The notes: generated by a model not told the origin, from the sequence alone. A DNA stretch of 64,000 bases from Trueperaceae bacterium (GCA_965215565.1 CBDCDZ010000004.1:896001-960000), one strand, 5' to 3'. Shown: positions 54,511-64,000, counted from the stretch's first letter. Made by a program: numbers and translations.

Positions 54511-55428
54511 ATGATTCGATCCCTGTTAGTCCTCGTAACGACGCTATTTCTCTCGTTCGGCGCAGCCCAGAGCGTAGACTTCGGCTACGTCGAGTGGCCC
54601 GGCGTCACCGTCAAGACGCAAGTTGCCGCAAACATTCTAGACGCGCTCGGTTACGACACGAGCACAGAATCTCTCAGCGTGCCCATTATCCTTCAAGGCG
54701 TGTCCGAGGGCGACTTGGACGTGTTTTTGGGCGTCTGGCGACCCAGCATGAACGGGATGATCGAGTCTTACACCGAAGGCGCGGGCGACGGCAGCATCAC
54801 GCTCACCGCGCAGAACCTAGCGCCGACGATCTACCGTCCCGCCGTCCCGACCTACGTCGCGGAAGAGGGCATCACCTCGCTCGCGGACGTTGCCGAGAAC
54901 CCGGAGATGTTTGACAGCGAACTCTACGGCATCGAGCCGGGCAACGACGGCAATACGATTATCCTGGACATGATCGAGAACGACACCTACGGCTTTAGCG
55001 ACTTCGAAATTGTCGAAAGCTCGACTGAAGGAATGCTCTCCGCCGTTGGGCGCGCCATCGAGCGAGAAGAGCCCATCGCTTTCTTAGCGTGGAGCCCGCA
55101 CTGGATGAATAACGTTTACGACATCACGTACTTGGATGACCCCGAGAACGTGTGGGGTGAGGATGGCTTCGTCGCCACGGCGCTCAACGCAGGGTTTGCC
55201 GAAGAGAACGCCAACCTCGAGACCTTTTTCAGCCAGTTCAAAGTGGACCCCGAAACGCAGAACACCTGGATTGACCAATACAGCCGCCAAGAGATGGACC
55301 CCGACACCGTCGCGAACGAGTGGATTGCGACGAACATGGACACCGTGATGACGTGGGTGGAGGGTGTGACCACGGCGGACGGGGAGCCAGCGGGTCCGGC
55401 GCTCGAGTCCGCTTTCAGTTCCAACTAA
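54511..55428 (+). CDS. Glycine betaine ABC substrate-binding protein (ProX/OpuAC-like)
   Basis: Signal peptide, WPG, YGIEPG, WSPHWM; RBS AAGGAG. Confidence 0.88.
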   Translation: MIRSLLVLVTTLFLSFGAAQSVDFGYVEWPGVTVKTQVAANILDALGYDTSTESLSVPIILQGVSEGDLDVFLGVWRPSMNGMIESYTEGAGDGSITLTAQNLAPTIYRPAVPTYVAEEGITSLADVAENPEMFDSELYGIEPGNDGNTIILDMIENDTYGFSDFEIVESSTEGMLSAVGRAIEREEPIAFLAWSPHWMNNVYDITYLDDPENVWGEDGFVATALNAGFAEENANLETFFSQFKVDPETQNTWIDQYSRQEMDPDTVANEWIATNMDTVMTWVEGVTTADGEPAGPALESAFSSN

Positions 55429-55528
55429 ACGAAACCCCTGACGCATAAATAGAAGAAGCGGGAAGTAGGGCGTAGCGAAGACGCCCCTTCCCGCTTCTCT
55501 TTAGTTGAGCAAGAGGTAAAATAGCGTT

Positions 55529-56629
55529 ATGCCCACTGCCACCGTTGACCTCAGCTCTATTAGCTATAACCTCTCGAGGCTCAAAAGCTACCTCAAACCC
55601 GAAACGCGCATGTTGACCGCTGTCAAAGCGAACGCCTACGGTCACGGCGCGGTGGAGGTGGCGAAGCACTTGGAGAAATCCGGTGTGACGTGGCTCGGCG
55701 TGGCGACACGGGAGGAGGCGTTGGAGCTTCGCAGTGCGGGGATAAGCGTGAATATTCTCATCTTCATTCCGGTTTATGACGGTTTGAATGACCTTGTGGA
55801 CGCGGATGTCGCGCTGACGATTGTAGATAAAAGAAGTCTGCATGCGGCAGCGAAGGCGGCGCAAGAGGTTGGCGTGAAGGCTCGAGCCCACCTCAAGGTG
55901 GATACGGGCATGGGACGTTTGGGGCCGCCGCCGCAAGAGGTTGTGGAGCTGGCTAAAGCGGTTGACGCTGCTAAAGAGGTCCATTTAGAAGCGGTTTGGA
56001 CACACTTTGCCTGTGCCGACGAAGCCGAGCGAGAGTACACGAATCAGCAGATGGCGCAGTATGGAGAGGTGTTGGACACGCTCGAGCACGAGAGCATCCC
56101 CATCCCTCTCAAACACGCCGCCAACTCCGCTGGGCTCATCGCCTATCCTGAGGCTCACTTCGATATGGTGCGCCCTGGGATTGCGGTGTATGGCTATCAC
56201 TCGAGCCCAGTGATTGAGAAACTCGAGCCTCACCTCACGCCCGCCCTGACGCTCACCGCGCCCGTCACTTTCGTGAAAGAGGTCAAGGCGGGCACGTCCG
56301 TCTCTTACGGTGCAACCTGGACGGCGTCACGTGATACGAAAGTCGCCACGGTTCGTTTAGGCTACGGCGATGGGCTCTTTCGCACGCTGAGCGGACAGCT
56401 TTGTGTGACGGTGCAGGGTGAGAAAAGACCTCTTGCGGGGCGCGTTTGTATGGACCAAATCATGATTGATGTGGGTGATTTGGACGTGCAGATGGGCGAG
56501 CGCGTAACGCTCTTCGGACCTCATGGGCAAAGCGCGGAGGACTTGGCGAGGATAGTTGACACGATTTCCTACGAACTGCTCACACGGCTCGGTCCTAGAA
56601 TTAAACGGGTTTATGAGAGGTCTGTTTGA
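55529..56629 (+). CDS. alr: Alanine racemase
   Basis: AVKANAYGHG, DTGMGRLG, GRVCMD, TISYE. Confidence 0.96.
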   Translation: MPTATVDLSSISYNLSRLKSYLKPETRMLTAVKANAYGHGAVEVAKHLEKSGVTWLGVATREEALELRSAGISVNILIFIPVYDGLNDLVDADVALTIVDKRSLHAAAKAAQEVGVKARAHLKVDTGMGRLGPPPQEVVELAKAVDAAKEVHLEAVWTHFACADEAEREYTNQQMAQYGEVLDTLEHESIPIPLKHAANSAGLIAYPEAHFDMVRPGIAVYGYHSSPVIEKLEPHLTPALTLTAPVTFVKEVKAGTSVSYGATWTASRDTKVATVRLGYGDGLFRTLSGQLCVTVQGEKRPLAGRVCMDQIMIDVGDLDVQMGERVTLFGPHGQSAEDLARIVDTISYELLTRLGPRIKRVYERSV

Positions 56630-56903
56630 GTTTTAGTGGGGGGGCCCAAACGTCAACTTTCTACAAGAACAGTTCGAGCAACGAACCTGCAAGCCATCTC
56701 TCTTCAAATGTCATGCAAACGTACTCAAAACCACACGCGGACGTACTGGTTTTTGCGCAAAAGAACGCCTGAAGATCGAATTTGTGTAAGGTATTCTCCT
56801 CACTTTTCGTGCCGATGTGGGTTAAACTACACTACTTTGGTAGAGATTGCCTCTTCAGACATTCACCTCGACGAACTGCGAATCAGTAGCTAGGAGCATC
56901 TTC

Positions 56904-57995
56904 ATGGACATCACCGTACCGCCATCTTACCTCTGGGACGACGACAAGCCGCGCACCCAGCCCAACTTGCTCTCGAGAGGAGAGCGCGACCGCCTCATCG
57001 AGCGCGGCTTTTTGGGGCTCTACCGCTGGTACACCGCCCGCAGCCAAGAGACGCGCAACTGGAACGCCGACCGCTCCTTCGAATGGCGCAAAATGCGCCA
57101 CGACCTTTCCGAGCCAATGATTCAGATTCTTCAAGGTTTCTTCGCCGTCGAGCAGTACGCGCCCGACTTCACCGAGAAGATTTTGAACATGGTACGCCGC
57201 TCGCACGGGCGCAGCCACTTCCAGATGCGCTGGGGCTCCGAAGAGGAGAAGCACGCCGACACCTGGGAGAACGCCGTGCTCTTCTCGCGCAGCCGCAGCC
57301 CGCAGTGGTTGGAGCAATATAAGTATGACCTGCGTATGAAGGAATGGCACGAGCCCTGGGACGACCCGCTACGCAACCTCGTCTACACGGTCTTTCAAGA
57401 ACGCGCCACGCAGCTCAACTACCTCAACGCGATGAAGATTGCGCAAGGCAAATCCGACAAGGAGCAGCACAAGCACGACGCTGACCCCGTTCTCGCCAAA
57501 GTCGCGCAGACCATCGCCGTGGACGAAGCGGCGCACTACAACTTCTTCTTAGAGGGCGTGCGGCTCTTTATGTACTACTATCCGCAGCGCACCTTAGAGG
57601 CGATTAAAGACGTGTTGGAGCACTTCACCATGCCCGCCTCCAAGCTCGTCCCCGACTGGGACGCCTTCTTCGAGGCGGTCTACCGCGGCGGCGTCTACGG
57701 TCCGCGTGAGTATGCTAAGGACGTGGTGCAAGTCGTCTTTAGAAACTTAGGTGTCGAGAGCCGTAAGAAGCTCGAGGCCGGCATCAAAAAGACTCGCCTC
57801 GTCCCCACGACGGACGGCAACATACAGCAGTCCGCCCTGTGGGACACCTTCGACTACGGTTTAATCGAGGGGGATGTGAAGCGGCTTTACCGGAAAATTG
57901 GCAAGTACGAAGCCGAGATTGGCTTTGATGAGGTTGACCCAATTATCTTTACGAAGAATCCGGTGTGGCCGACACAAGAGGATGAAGAGGAATAA
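56904..57995 (+). CDS. Acyl-ACP desaturase-like diiron protein
   Basis: W..EEEKH, FQERAT, IAVDEAAH, F.MP; RBS AGGAG. Confidence 0.88.
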   Translation: MDITVPPSYLWDDDKPRTQPNLLSRGERDRLIERGFLGLYRWYTARSQETRNWNADRSFEWRKMRHDLSEPMIQILQGFFAVEQYAPDFTEKILNMVRRSHGRSHFQMRWGSEEEKHADTWENAVLFSRSRSPQWLEQYKYDLRMKEWHEPWDDPLRNLVYTVFQERATQLNYLNAMKIAQGKSDKEQHKHDADPVLAKVAQTIAVDEAAHYNFFLEGVRLFMYYYPQRTLEAIKDVLEHFTMPASKLVPDWDAFFEAVYRGGVYGPREYAKDVVQVVFRNLGVESRKKLEAGIKKTRLVPTTDGNIQQSALWDTFDYGLIEGDVKRLYRKIGKYEAEIGFDEVDPIIFTKNPVWPTQEDEEE

Positions 57996-58014
57996 CGGAA
58001 AAGAAGAGGTTTTG

Positions 58015-58048
58015 AATGCGCTGCAGCTTTCACTGCGGCGCGTTTTTT
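58015..58048 (+). terminator. Intrinsic terminator after the desaturase gene
   Basis: AATGCGCTGCAG-CTTTCA-CTGCGGCGCGTT followed by a T run. Confidence 0.65.
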
Positions 58049-58097
58049 ACGAGCATAAGTTCCGCTTACAAGTTCATCTTGGTATAACAGAACTCTC

Positions 58098-58607
58098 ATG
58101 CGTTGGGCTGACTTCTATTTCAACAGCAAAAGGTATTCGCTCAGTCACCTTGATGATTTAGAGGTCACTTATACGCAACCAGCGAAAGGTAAAAATTCAG
58201 AACGCACCTACAATGTGAAGGTTGAATTTAGCAATCATTGCTTCACAACTGACCGGATGTACGACCCTGCGCTTGAATATATACCAGGTGGAGACAAGAG
58301 AGTTTTTGATTTTGGGCGTTACGAGCTAAGCCATTCACTTCCCCGCATCGTTCAAGAATTGGCAGAGCGCAGATGTTATTTCGCCAGTAGAGTTCAGGGA
58401 AACTTCATGACCGTTGAAGTCACAGTAGATAACGATAACTACGTCGTGTACTTTTACGTCAAGAAGTTCGGTAAGAGATTAGTGCTCATTGTGCAGTCAG
58501 CCTACATCAACGATGATTATGTTCAGAGCTACAACGACAAAAAGATTGGGTTCTTTACCATCTTGTATAAGGTGCAAAAAGGAGAACGAATAAAAAGTCC
58601 ACGCTAA
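58098..58607 (+). CDS. HtrC/YjaZ-like protein (169 aa), AT-rich
   Basis: Motif order W..F, LS.LD, Y.Q...GK, S.HCFT, R.F...RY.L, L.V.SAY, FFTI.Y matches my recollection of E. coli YjaZ (HtrC); not confirmed by search. Confidence 0.7.
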   Translation: MRWADFYFNSKRYSLSHLDDLEVTYTQPAKGKNSERTYNVKVEFSNHCFTTDRMYDPALEYIPGGDKRVFDFGRYELSHSLPRIVQELAERRCYFASRVQGNFMTVEVTVDNDNYVVYFYVKKFGKRLVLIVQSAYINDDYVQSYNDKKIGFFTILYKVQKGERIKSPR

Positions 58608-58754
58608 GAAAGATGGCAGCCTCTATAAAAAGAAGCTGCCGAAATCTTTTATTCTACCGCTGAGCCTTCTTGAGTATACCCACGCTTGGGCGGGAACCAC
58701 TAAAAATGTGGTGAGCATCGGCGCACAGCAAAGGCTGTTCAGTTCACACCGATA
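58604..58754 (-). ncRNA. Putative ~150-nt structured ncRNA convergent with the HtrC-like gene
   Basis: Near-consensus promoter, consecutive hairpins whose mismatches are G-U only on the minus strand, terminator ending at the CDS stop. Confidence 0.7.
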
Positions 58755-58760
58755 GCATAG

Positions 58761-58790
58761 ATAATAGCATAAAAGCGCCTTATTTGTCAA
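58761..58790 (-). promoter_or_regulatory. sigma70-type promoter for the putative ncRNA
   Basis: TTGACA-N18-TATTAT with extended TGn. Confidence 0.75.
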
Positions 58791-59204
58791 TCTTTTGGCA
58801 ACCGCAAAGTCCAAAATCGCCTTCGAAAGCAAGGTCCACTCGAAGCTAACGCACCCTTCCACCCTCAACTTAGCGGCATTTTTGGGCGCGACTAGGGCGA
58901 CCGCGCTTTTTAATCGAAGGTCAATATGCCCTTTTGCTTATCCAGGTGCCGACTTTGCGGTAGCCCTGGCGTTTCTCTTGAAATATCTCAGCCCATTAGC
59001 GTCAATCACTGACTGTCAATTTAGCCTTCAATGACCTCGAGCCCTCCAAAAATTCCCTTTCAACCTCTTGCAAGGCGACTCAAAACGATGTCGTCAGGCT
59101 GACACACCTCTCCCTATAGCTTGTTACCCTACTTGCTCGCAGCTAAGCAAGCTGCAACATCCTGCACAACAAAACTGCACGAAACAAGTCCAAGGGGGCT
59201 TTTT

Positions 59205-60404
59205 ATGGCACCGCTGAGCCGAGAAGAACGCACACCGAACTTACCATCCAAAATACTCCTAAAAGATCAGAACTTATTGCTCGTTTTTGCGGCGACGCTG
59301 GTGGTGACCTCGAGCGTCACCGCCATCACCCCCGCCTTCCCCAACGTCGTGGAGCAACTCGGCGTCTCGGCGGGCGCAGTCAGCTTGATCGTCACGGCGT
59401 ACACCCTGCCCGCGATTGTCCTCACGCCTATTTTGGGTGTTTTCGCCGATAGACACGGGCGTAAGCGGGTCTTAGTCGCCTCGCTTCTCGTCTTCGGGCT
59501 GGCGGGCGGTGCGTGTTTCTTTGCGGATAACTTCAACCTCTTGCTCGCCCTGCGCTTTATACAAGGTGTCGGCGGCGCGGCGCTGCTCTCGACGAACATC
59601 ACGATCATCGGTGACCTCTTTGAGGGCGTCTCGCGCAGCAAGTCGATGGGCTACAACGCGACGGTCAACGGCTTCGGCACGACGCTCTACCCGGCTTTGG
59701 GCGGCGCACTCGCGCTCATCGGCTGGAACTACCCTTTTCTCATCTCCGCCGCCGCCGTTCCGGTTGGGCTCCTGCTGATTCCCTTTCTGAAAATCCCCGA
59801 GCCCAAAAACAAGCAGAGATTTAGCCATTACTTGAGGGGCGTGCAAGAGGTCATCAAGCACCGCGAAGTCGTCGGGCTTTTTATTCTGACAATCGGCGAC
59901 AACATCGCTGTAGTTGGGGCGCTTTTTACCTATTTACCGCTTTACTTAGAAAACACGTATGGAGCGTCTGCGCTCCTCGCGGGCATTGCGATATCGGTGT
60001 GGGCGGCGAGTTATTCGCTCGGTACAACGGTTATCGGCAAACTCACGGAGAAGACGTCACCGAGACTGCTCATCAAAGTCGCGTTTGCGCTCAGTGCGTT
60101 TACGATGGCGACGCTTCCTCTTTTCGGCAGCGCCTTGTGGACGTTCGTGCCTGTTGCGATGCTCGGTATCGCGCACGCGCTTCACTTGCCCAACACGCAG
60201 ACGCTCCTGACCGACGCCGCACCGAGTGGCTACCGGGGTGCACTCGTCTCGCTTCAAACGATGGTCAAGCGTATTGGGGAAACGACAGGACCCCTGCTCA
60301 TGGCAGGGGTCTACAGCGCGTTTGGCGGCGCGGCGGTCTTTTTTGTCGCGGCAGTCGTCGGGCTCTCCATGGTGGCAGTGGCGATGCTGCTGCTAAAATC
60401 CTAG
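59205..60404 (+). CDS. MFS transporter
   Basis: Motif A G..ADRHGRK, LRFIQG, about 12 TM segments. Confidence 0.92.
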   Translation: MAPLSREERTPNLPSKILLKDQNLLLVFAATLVVTSSVTAITPAFPNVVEQLGVSAGAVSLIVTAYTLPAIVLTPILGVFADRHGRKRVLVASLLVFGLAGGACFFADNFNLLLALRFIQGVGGAALLSTNITIIGDLFEGVSRSKSMGYNATVNGFGTTLYPALGGALALIGWNYPFLISAAAVPVGLLLIPFLKIPEPKNKQRFSHYLRGVQEVIKHREVVGLFILTIGDNIAVVGALFTYLPLYLENTYGASALLAGIAISVWAASYSLGTTVIGKLTEKTSPRLLIKVAFALSAFTMATLPLFGSALWTFVPVAMLGIAHALHLPNTQTLLTDAAPSGYRGALVSLQTMVKRIGETTGPLLMAGVYSAFGGAAVFFVAAVVGLSMVAVAMLLLKS

Positions 60405-60407
60405 AGT

Positions 60408-60608
60408 TTAGTTGAATTTTAGCGCGTCAGGCTGGCGCGGGGTAAGTCTGAATGACGCAGCTTCACGCTTCGCAATTTCCAATGCTTCGGAAAAGTTAGA
60501 CGCGAAAACTAAAACCTTTCTGTAGGGCTTGCGGCTATACACGTCGTCCTTGCGGTAGAGGTTGATGGTATATGCGGTGTCCAAATTCAAGTTTCCCCAG
60601 ATGCTCAT
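60408..60608 (-). CDS. Small hypothetical protein (66 aa)
   Basis: Strong RBS AAGGGAGGA before ATG 60608. Confidence 0.55.
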   Translation of the reverse strand: MSIWGNLNLDTAYTINLYRKDDVYSRKPYRKVLVFASNFSEALEIAKREAASFRLTPRQPDALKFN

Positions 60609-60714
60609 AAGCGTCCTCCCTTGCTTATATCCTAAAAAGAATAGACGTAGAGAGGAAAGCAAAAAGTCCACAATGGGGGTGTGAAAAAGCGCCGAAACAT
60701 TAAAAGGGCGTGTA

Positions 60715-60895
60715 ATACCCTTTCCGGTTAAACACGCTATAAAGTAGCGTGTTTAATCCCGAGGAAGAGCCATCAGCCGGTGGTAACATCAACGAATAGC
60801 CAGCACAAGCCATCTACAACGGCATGATACGCCCGGCTGAAGGCTCCTGAGCGAGTAGAAACAAGTACGGATTCCGTTATCACCGGAATCCGTAC
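60715..60895 (+). mobile_element. Family B element, copy 3, with a ~75-bp internal insert
   Basis: First 45 bp nearly identical to copy 1; insert bounded by GAGCC.TCAGCCGG...CCGGCTGA.GGCTC. Confidence 0.85.
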
Positions 60896-60941
60896 AACTC
60901 CTTGCCACCTGTGGTCTCGAGCCTAGAAGTAACCCACGCCC

Positions 60942-63065
60942 TCACGAAGCGTAAAAGTGTTGACCTCCTTGCGCGTAGTCTTTGAGTAGCGCTGCAGGCT
61001 TGAAACGTACACCGTGTTGCTGCTCCAACTTTTCCAACCTCATCACCGCTTCACTCAGCCCGATATGGTCTAAATACCAGAACGGTCCACCCAAAAAAGG
61101 CGGAAAGCCCAGACCAAAGACCGCGCCCACGTCGCCATCTCTTGGCGAGTTGAGCACCTCTTCTTCCAAGCAGCGCACCGCCTCGTTGACCATAACCAAG
61201 GACAGACGTTCTTGTACAGCCTCCTTGCCAAACTGCTTGCGCCCGGAGCCGCCAAAGAATTTGTAAATCTCTTCGTTGACCTCTCTACTCTTCTTTCCCT
61301 CTTCGTACTTGTAGAAACCCTGCTTGTTTTTACGTCCTTTGTACCCCGCCTCGACGACATCTTTACCTTTAGAACTCAGGTTGACGCCGCGCTCTTCCAA
61401 GAAGGGACGCATGACCTCATTAATTTTCGCGCCAACGTCAATACCAACTTCATCTAAGAGCTTAATCGGACCGACAGGGAAGCCGAAGTCCTTCATCGCC
61501 TTGTCGATTTCTCCAATGTCGCCTCCCTCTTCCAACATCACCAACGCTTCATTCATGAAAAGCGAGAGGATGCGTGTCGTGTAGAAGCCGGGCGCGTCGC
61601 CCACGACGACGACGGTTTTGCCTTGCTCCAATCCTGCCTGAAACGCCGTTCCCACAACCCAATCGGGCGTCTTATCGGTTTTGACGATCTCTAAAAGAGG
61701 TAGTTTTTGCACGGGCGAGAAGTAGTGCATTCCCACGACTTGCTCAGGACGTTTCGCCTTCGCCGCCACCTCTTTGATCGGAATCGAAGAGGTGTTTGTC
61801 GCAAAGACAAGGTCTTCTTTCGCCACCTCTTCGACTTCGCTCAGAACCTTTTGCTTGAGACTGACCTCTTCCAGCACGGCTTCAATCACTAAGTCAACCT
61901 TGTCGAACGAGTCGTAATCCTCCACGGGCGTCACACGCTCAGAGATGAGGTCGCGCTCGAATTCGCTGCGCCCCTTGCCGACACGCTTCGAGAGGTCTTT
62001 CCAAATCGCGCCTTTGCCCTTCGCCGCTTGTTCGAAGTTCTGGTCTTTGAGTAAAACCTCGTGCTCGCCCTCCGCGCTCACCTGCGCGATGCCTGCGCCC
62101 ATCAAGCCTGCGCCCAGGACGCCAACGTGCTCGACGTGCTTAGCACTATCTTTATACGGATTTTTCTCCGAGGCGTTCTTGGCGAAGAAGAGGTGAACTA
62201 AGGCCTTGGACTCAGGCGTGAAGACGAGTTCGGCGAAGTTGTCCGCCTCGGCTTGGAGTCCCGCTTTCATTCCTTTTTCCTGCCCGACGCGCACCGTTTT
62301 GATGATTTTAGGCGGCGCGGGGTAGTTGCCGCGCGTGCGCTTTCGGACGCTTTCTTCGGCTTGTTGGTAGACGATGCGGCTTAAAGGAGTACGCTCCAAG
62401 AGCTTGTCACGCCAGCCCTGCGAGTTGCGCTTGGACGTCAGCTTGCCCAAAAGAAGCCCTTGCGCCGCCTCTTTCGCTGCGCGGAGGAGTCCGGGCGGGT
62501 GGATGAGGGCGTCCACTAAACCCATCTTTTTGGCGGGTTTGGCGTAGATGTTTTTACCCGTGAGAATCAGCTCGAGCCCCTTTTGCACCCCCACCAAACG
62601 CGGCAACCGCTGGCAGCCGCCGAGCCCCGGTAAGAGTCCCAAGTTAACTTCGGGCAGCGCGAATTTCGTCTTCTCGTGCTCCGAGGCGATGCGGTACGAG
62701 CAGGCGAGGATGAGTTCTAAGCCGCCCCCTACCGCCGGTCCGTGCACCGCTGCCACGACAGGTTTGCTCAAATTCTCCAAGCGGTTGAAGAGTTCGTGCC
62801 CCTCTTGGATGAGTTCCTTGACCTCTTCGGGCGTTTTGTACTCTCTAAACTCTCCTATGTCCGCGCCGACGATAAAGGAGTCCTTTTTGCGGCTGTAGAG
62901 CACGGCGGCTCGGATGTCGCGCTCTTGCTCGAGCCTGTCCAACACCTCACCAAACTCGCGCATCGCCGCCGTGGAGAGCTTGTTGACCTTTTCGGGCCCG
63001 TCTAAGTAGATAACCGCGACGCCTTTATCTTTTTGCGCGTCGAAGTCGATGTCGAAGTAGGTCAT
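60942..63065 (-). CDS. fadJ: Fatty-acid oxidation multifunctional enzyme, alpha subunit
   Basis: Crotonase motifs GADI, GGGLE, LPEV.LG; HAD motifs GAGLMG, TNTSS, GMHYFSP; GLGFPPF. Confidence 0.9.
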   Translation of the reverse strand: MTYFDIDFDAQKDKGVAVIYLDGPEKVNKLSTAAMREFGEVLDRLEQERDIRAAVLYSRKKDSFIVGADIGEFREYKTPEEVKELIQEGHELFNRLENLSKPVVAAVHGPAVGGGLELILACSYRIASEHEKTKFALPEVNLGLLPGLGGCQRLPRLVGVQKGLELILTGKNIYAKPAKKMGLVDALIHPPGLLRAAKEAAQGLLLGKLTSKRNSQGWRDKLLERTPLSRIVYQQAEESVRKRTRGNYPAPPKIIKTVRVGQEKGMKAGLQAEADNFAELVFTPESKALVHLFFAKNASEKNPYKDSAKHVEHVGVLGAGLMGAGIAQVSAEGEHEVLLKDQNFEQAAKGKGAIWKDLSKRVGKGRSEFERDLISERVTPVEDYDSFDKVDLVIEAVLEEVSLKQKVLSEVEEVAKEDLVFATNTSSIPIKEVAAKAKRPEQVVGMHYFSPVQKLPLLEIVKTDKTPDWVVGTAFQAGLEQGKTVVVVGDAPGFYTTRILSLFMNEALVMLEEGGDIGEIDKAMKDFGFPVGPIKLLDEVGIDVGAKINEVMRPFLEERGVNLSSKGKDVVEAGYKGRKNKQGFYKYEEGKKSREVNEEIYKFFGGSGRKQFGKEAVQERLSLVMVNEAVRCLEEEVLNSPRDGDVGAVFGLGFPPFLGGPFWYLDHIGLSEAVMRLEKLEQQHGVRFKPAALLKDYAQGGQHFYAS

Positions 63066-64000
63066 GCTTGCCCCCCGTTTTTACTTGCGCTCTCTACGTA
63101 ACTCCCGCCTTCATACCGCTCTAAGAGCATCGCGTGACCTAAACCTCCCGCCGCGCACGCCGTGACAAGCGCGATCTGTTTATCCTCTGCGTGAAGGCGG
63201 TGCGCCGCCGTGGTGACGAGACGTGCGCCCGTCGCGCCGAAGGGGTGACCCAAGGAGAGCGAGCCGCCCCAGGGGTTGATCTTGTCCATATCCACATCGC
63301 CGATACGCTTGTCTCGCCCGAGTTTTTCCTTGGCGAATTCGTCTGACTCGACTGCGGTTAAAACTGCCAAAACCTGCCCTGCGAACGCTTCATGAAATTC
63401 AATCACGTCCACATCGTCAAAGGTGATGCCTGCCGCGCCCATAACTTGCGGCACCGCGTACGCCGGACCCAAGAGGAGTTCGTCTTTGGGGTCTTGGGCG
63501 ACGAAGGTGTAGTGGCGTAAGTAGGCGGCGGGCGTGTAGCCGAGGGCCTGCGCGGTCTCTTCTGCCATGAGGAGCGTCGCCGCTGCGCCATCCGTAAGGG
63601 GCGAGGCGTTGCCTGCGGTGACGGTGCCGAACGGTTTAACGAAAACGGGCTTTAAGGTGGAGAGTTTTTCCAAGCTCGTATCTGCACGGAAGGTGTTGTC
63701 GTGCTCTAAAGGCTTGAATTTGGGCGGCACGGCAGTCGGGAGAATTTCGGCGTCTAACTTGCCCGCTTCCGTCGCCTTCGCCGCCGCGTGGTGTGAACGG
63801 AGCGCGTACTCGTCTTGCGCCTCGCGGGAGACGCCGAACGCCGCTGCGAGCTTGTCCGCGCTCTCGCCCATCACCTCGCCTGTCGAATATTCGGAAACCG
63901 AAGGCGCGGTGGGCAAGAGGTCGCTCGGCGAAAGTCCCTGCAAAAACTTGCGGAAGTCCAGCGGATTTTTGTACTTCTGCGTCTCGTAGAGCCGTTTGCG
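63062..64000 (-). CDS. fadI: 3-ketoacyl-CoA thiolase, 5' end outside the window
   Basis: TAGNAS, HEAFA, GHPFGATG, CAAGG. Confidence 0.9.
   Translation of the reverse strand, partial: RKRLYETQKYKNPLDFRKFLQGLSPSDLLPTAPSVSEYSTGEVMGESADKLAAAFGVSREAQDEYALRSHHAAAKATEAGKLDAEILPTAVPPKFKPLEHDNTFRADTSLEKLSTLKPVFVKPFGTVTAGNASPLTDGAAATLLMAEETAQALGYTPAAYLRHYTFVAQDPKDELLLGPAYAVPQVMGAAGITFDDVDVIEFHEAFAGQVLAVLTAVESDEFAKEKLGRDKRIGDVDMDKINPWGGSLSLGHPFGATGARLVTTAAHRLHAEDKQIALVTACAAGGLGHAMLLERYEGGSYVESASKNGGQA

Noticed and set aside
58098..58607. RxxxxH strings (RYSLSH, RYELSH) as a HEPN nuclease
   Set aside because: The protein looks beta-rich, unlike all-helical HEPN, and these His residues are absent from my recalled YjaZ sequence; probably chance.
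58623..58868. 81-aa minus-strand ORF and the 58795-59034 plus-strand ORF
   Set aside because: No RBS or protein-like composition; the first runs across the promoter and hairpins, which are better explained as an ncRNA.

Overview
A GC-rich (about 60% by eye) bacterial chromosome segment. Gene content, many apparently leaderless genes and the intergenic repeat families suggest Deinococcota (Truepera-like); this is inference. Most of the window is housekeeping: DinG-like helicase, trxB, an LptF/G/D-like operon, a peptide ABC transporter, SAM-I riboswitch-metF-metH, an Fe ABC binding protein, dps, folE, an AlaX-like protein, a MazF-type TA pair, gatB, metK, proW/proX, alr, an acyl-ACP desaturase and fadIJ. 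Intergenic spaces hold about 12 copies of a modular TAGCAG...CTGCTA miniature element and 3 copies of an ATAC...GGAATCCGTA element. Two candidate undescribed systems stand out. (1) At 58.1-58.8 kb, an AT-rich gene resembling E. coli HtrC/YjaZ faces a convergent, separately promoted, structured ~150-nt ncRNA, a candidate protein + RNA (type III TA-like) module. (2) At 43.2-52.2 kb, a PAS-GGDEF-EAL gene, an S8 lipoprotein protease with a (GYSAWSG)x4 repeat, a small beta-rich protein, a TPR-CHAT protease and a REC-PAS-HD-GYP gene are linked by a shared promoter box, a candidate peptide/protease signalling system coupled to c-di-GMP. All calls come from reading the sequence; no searches were run.
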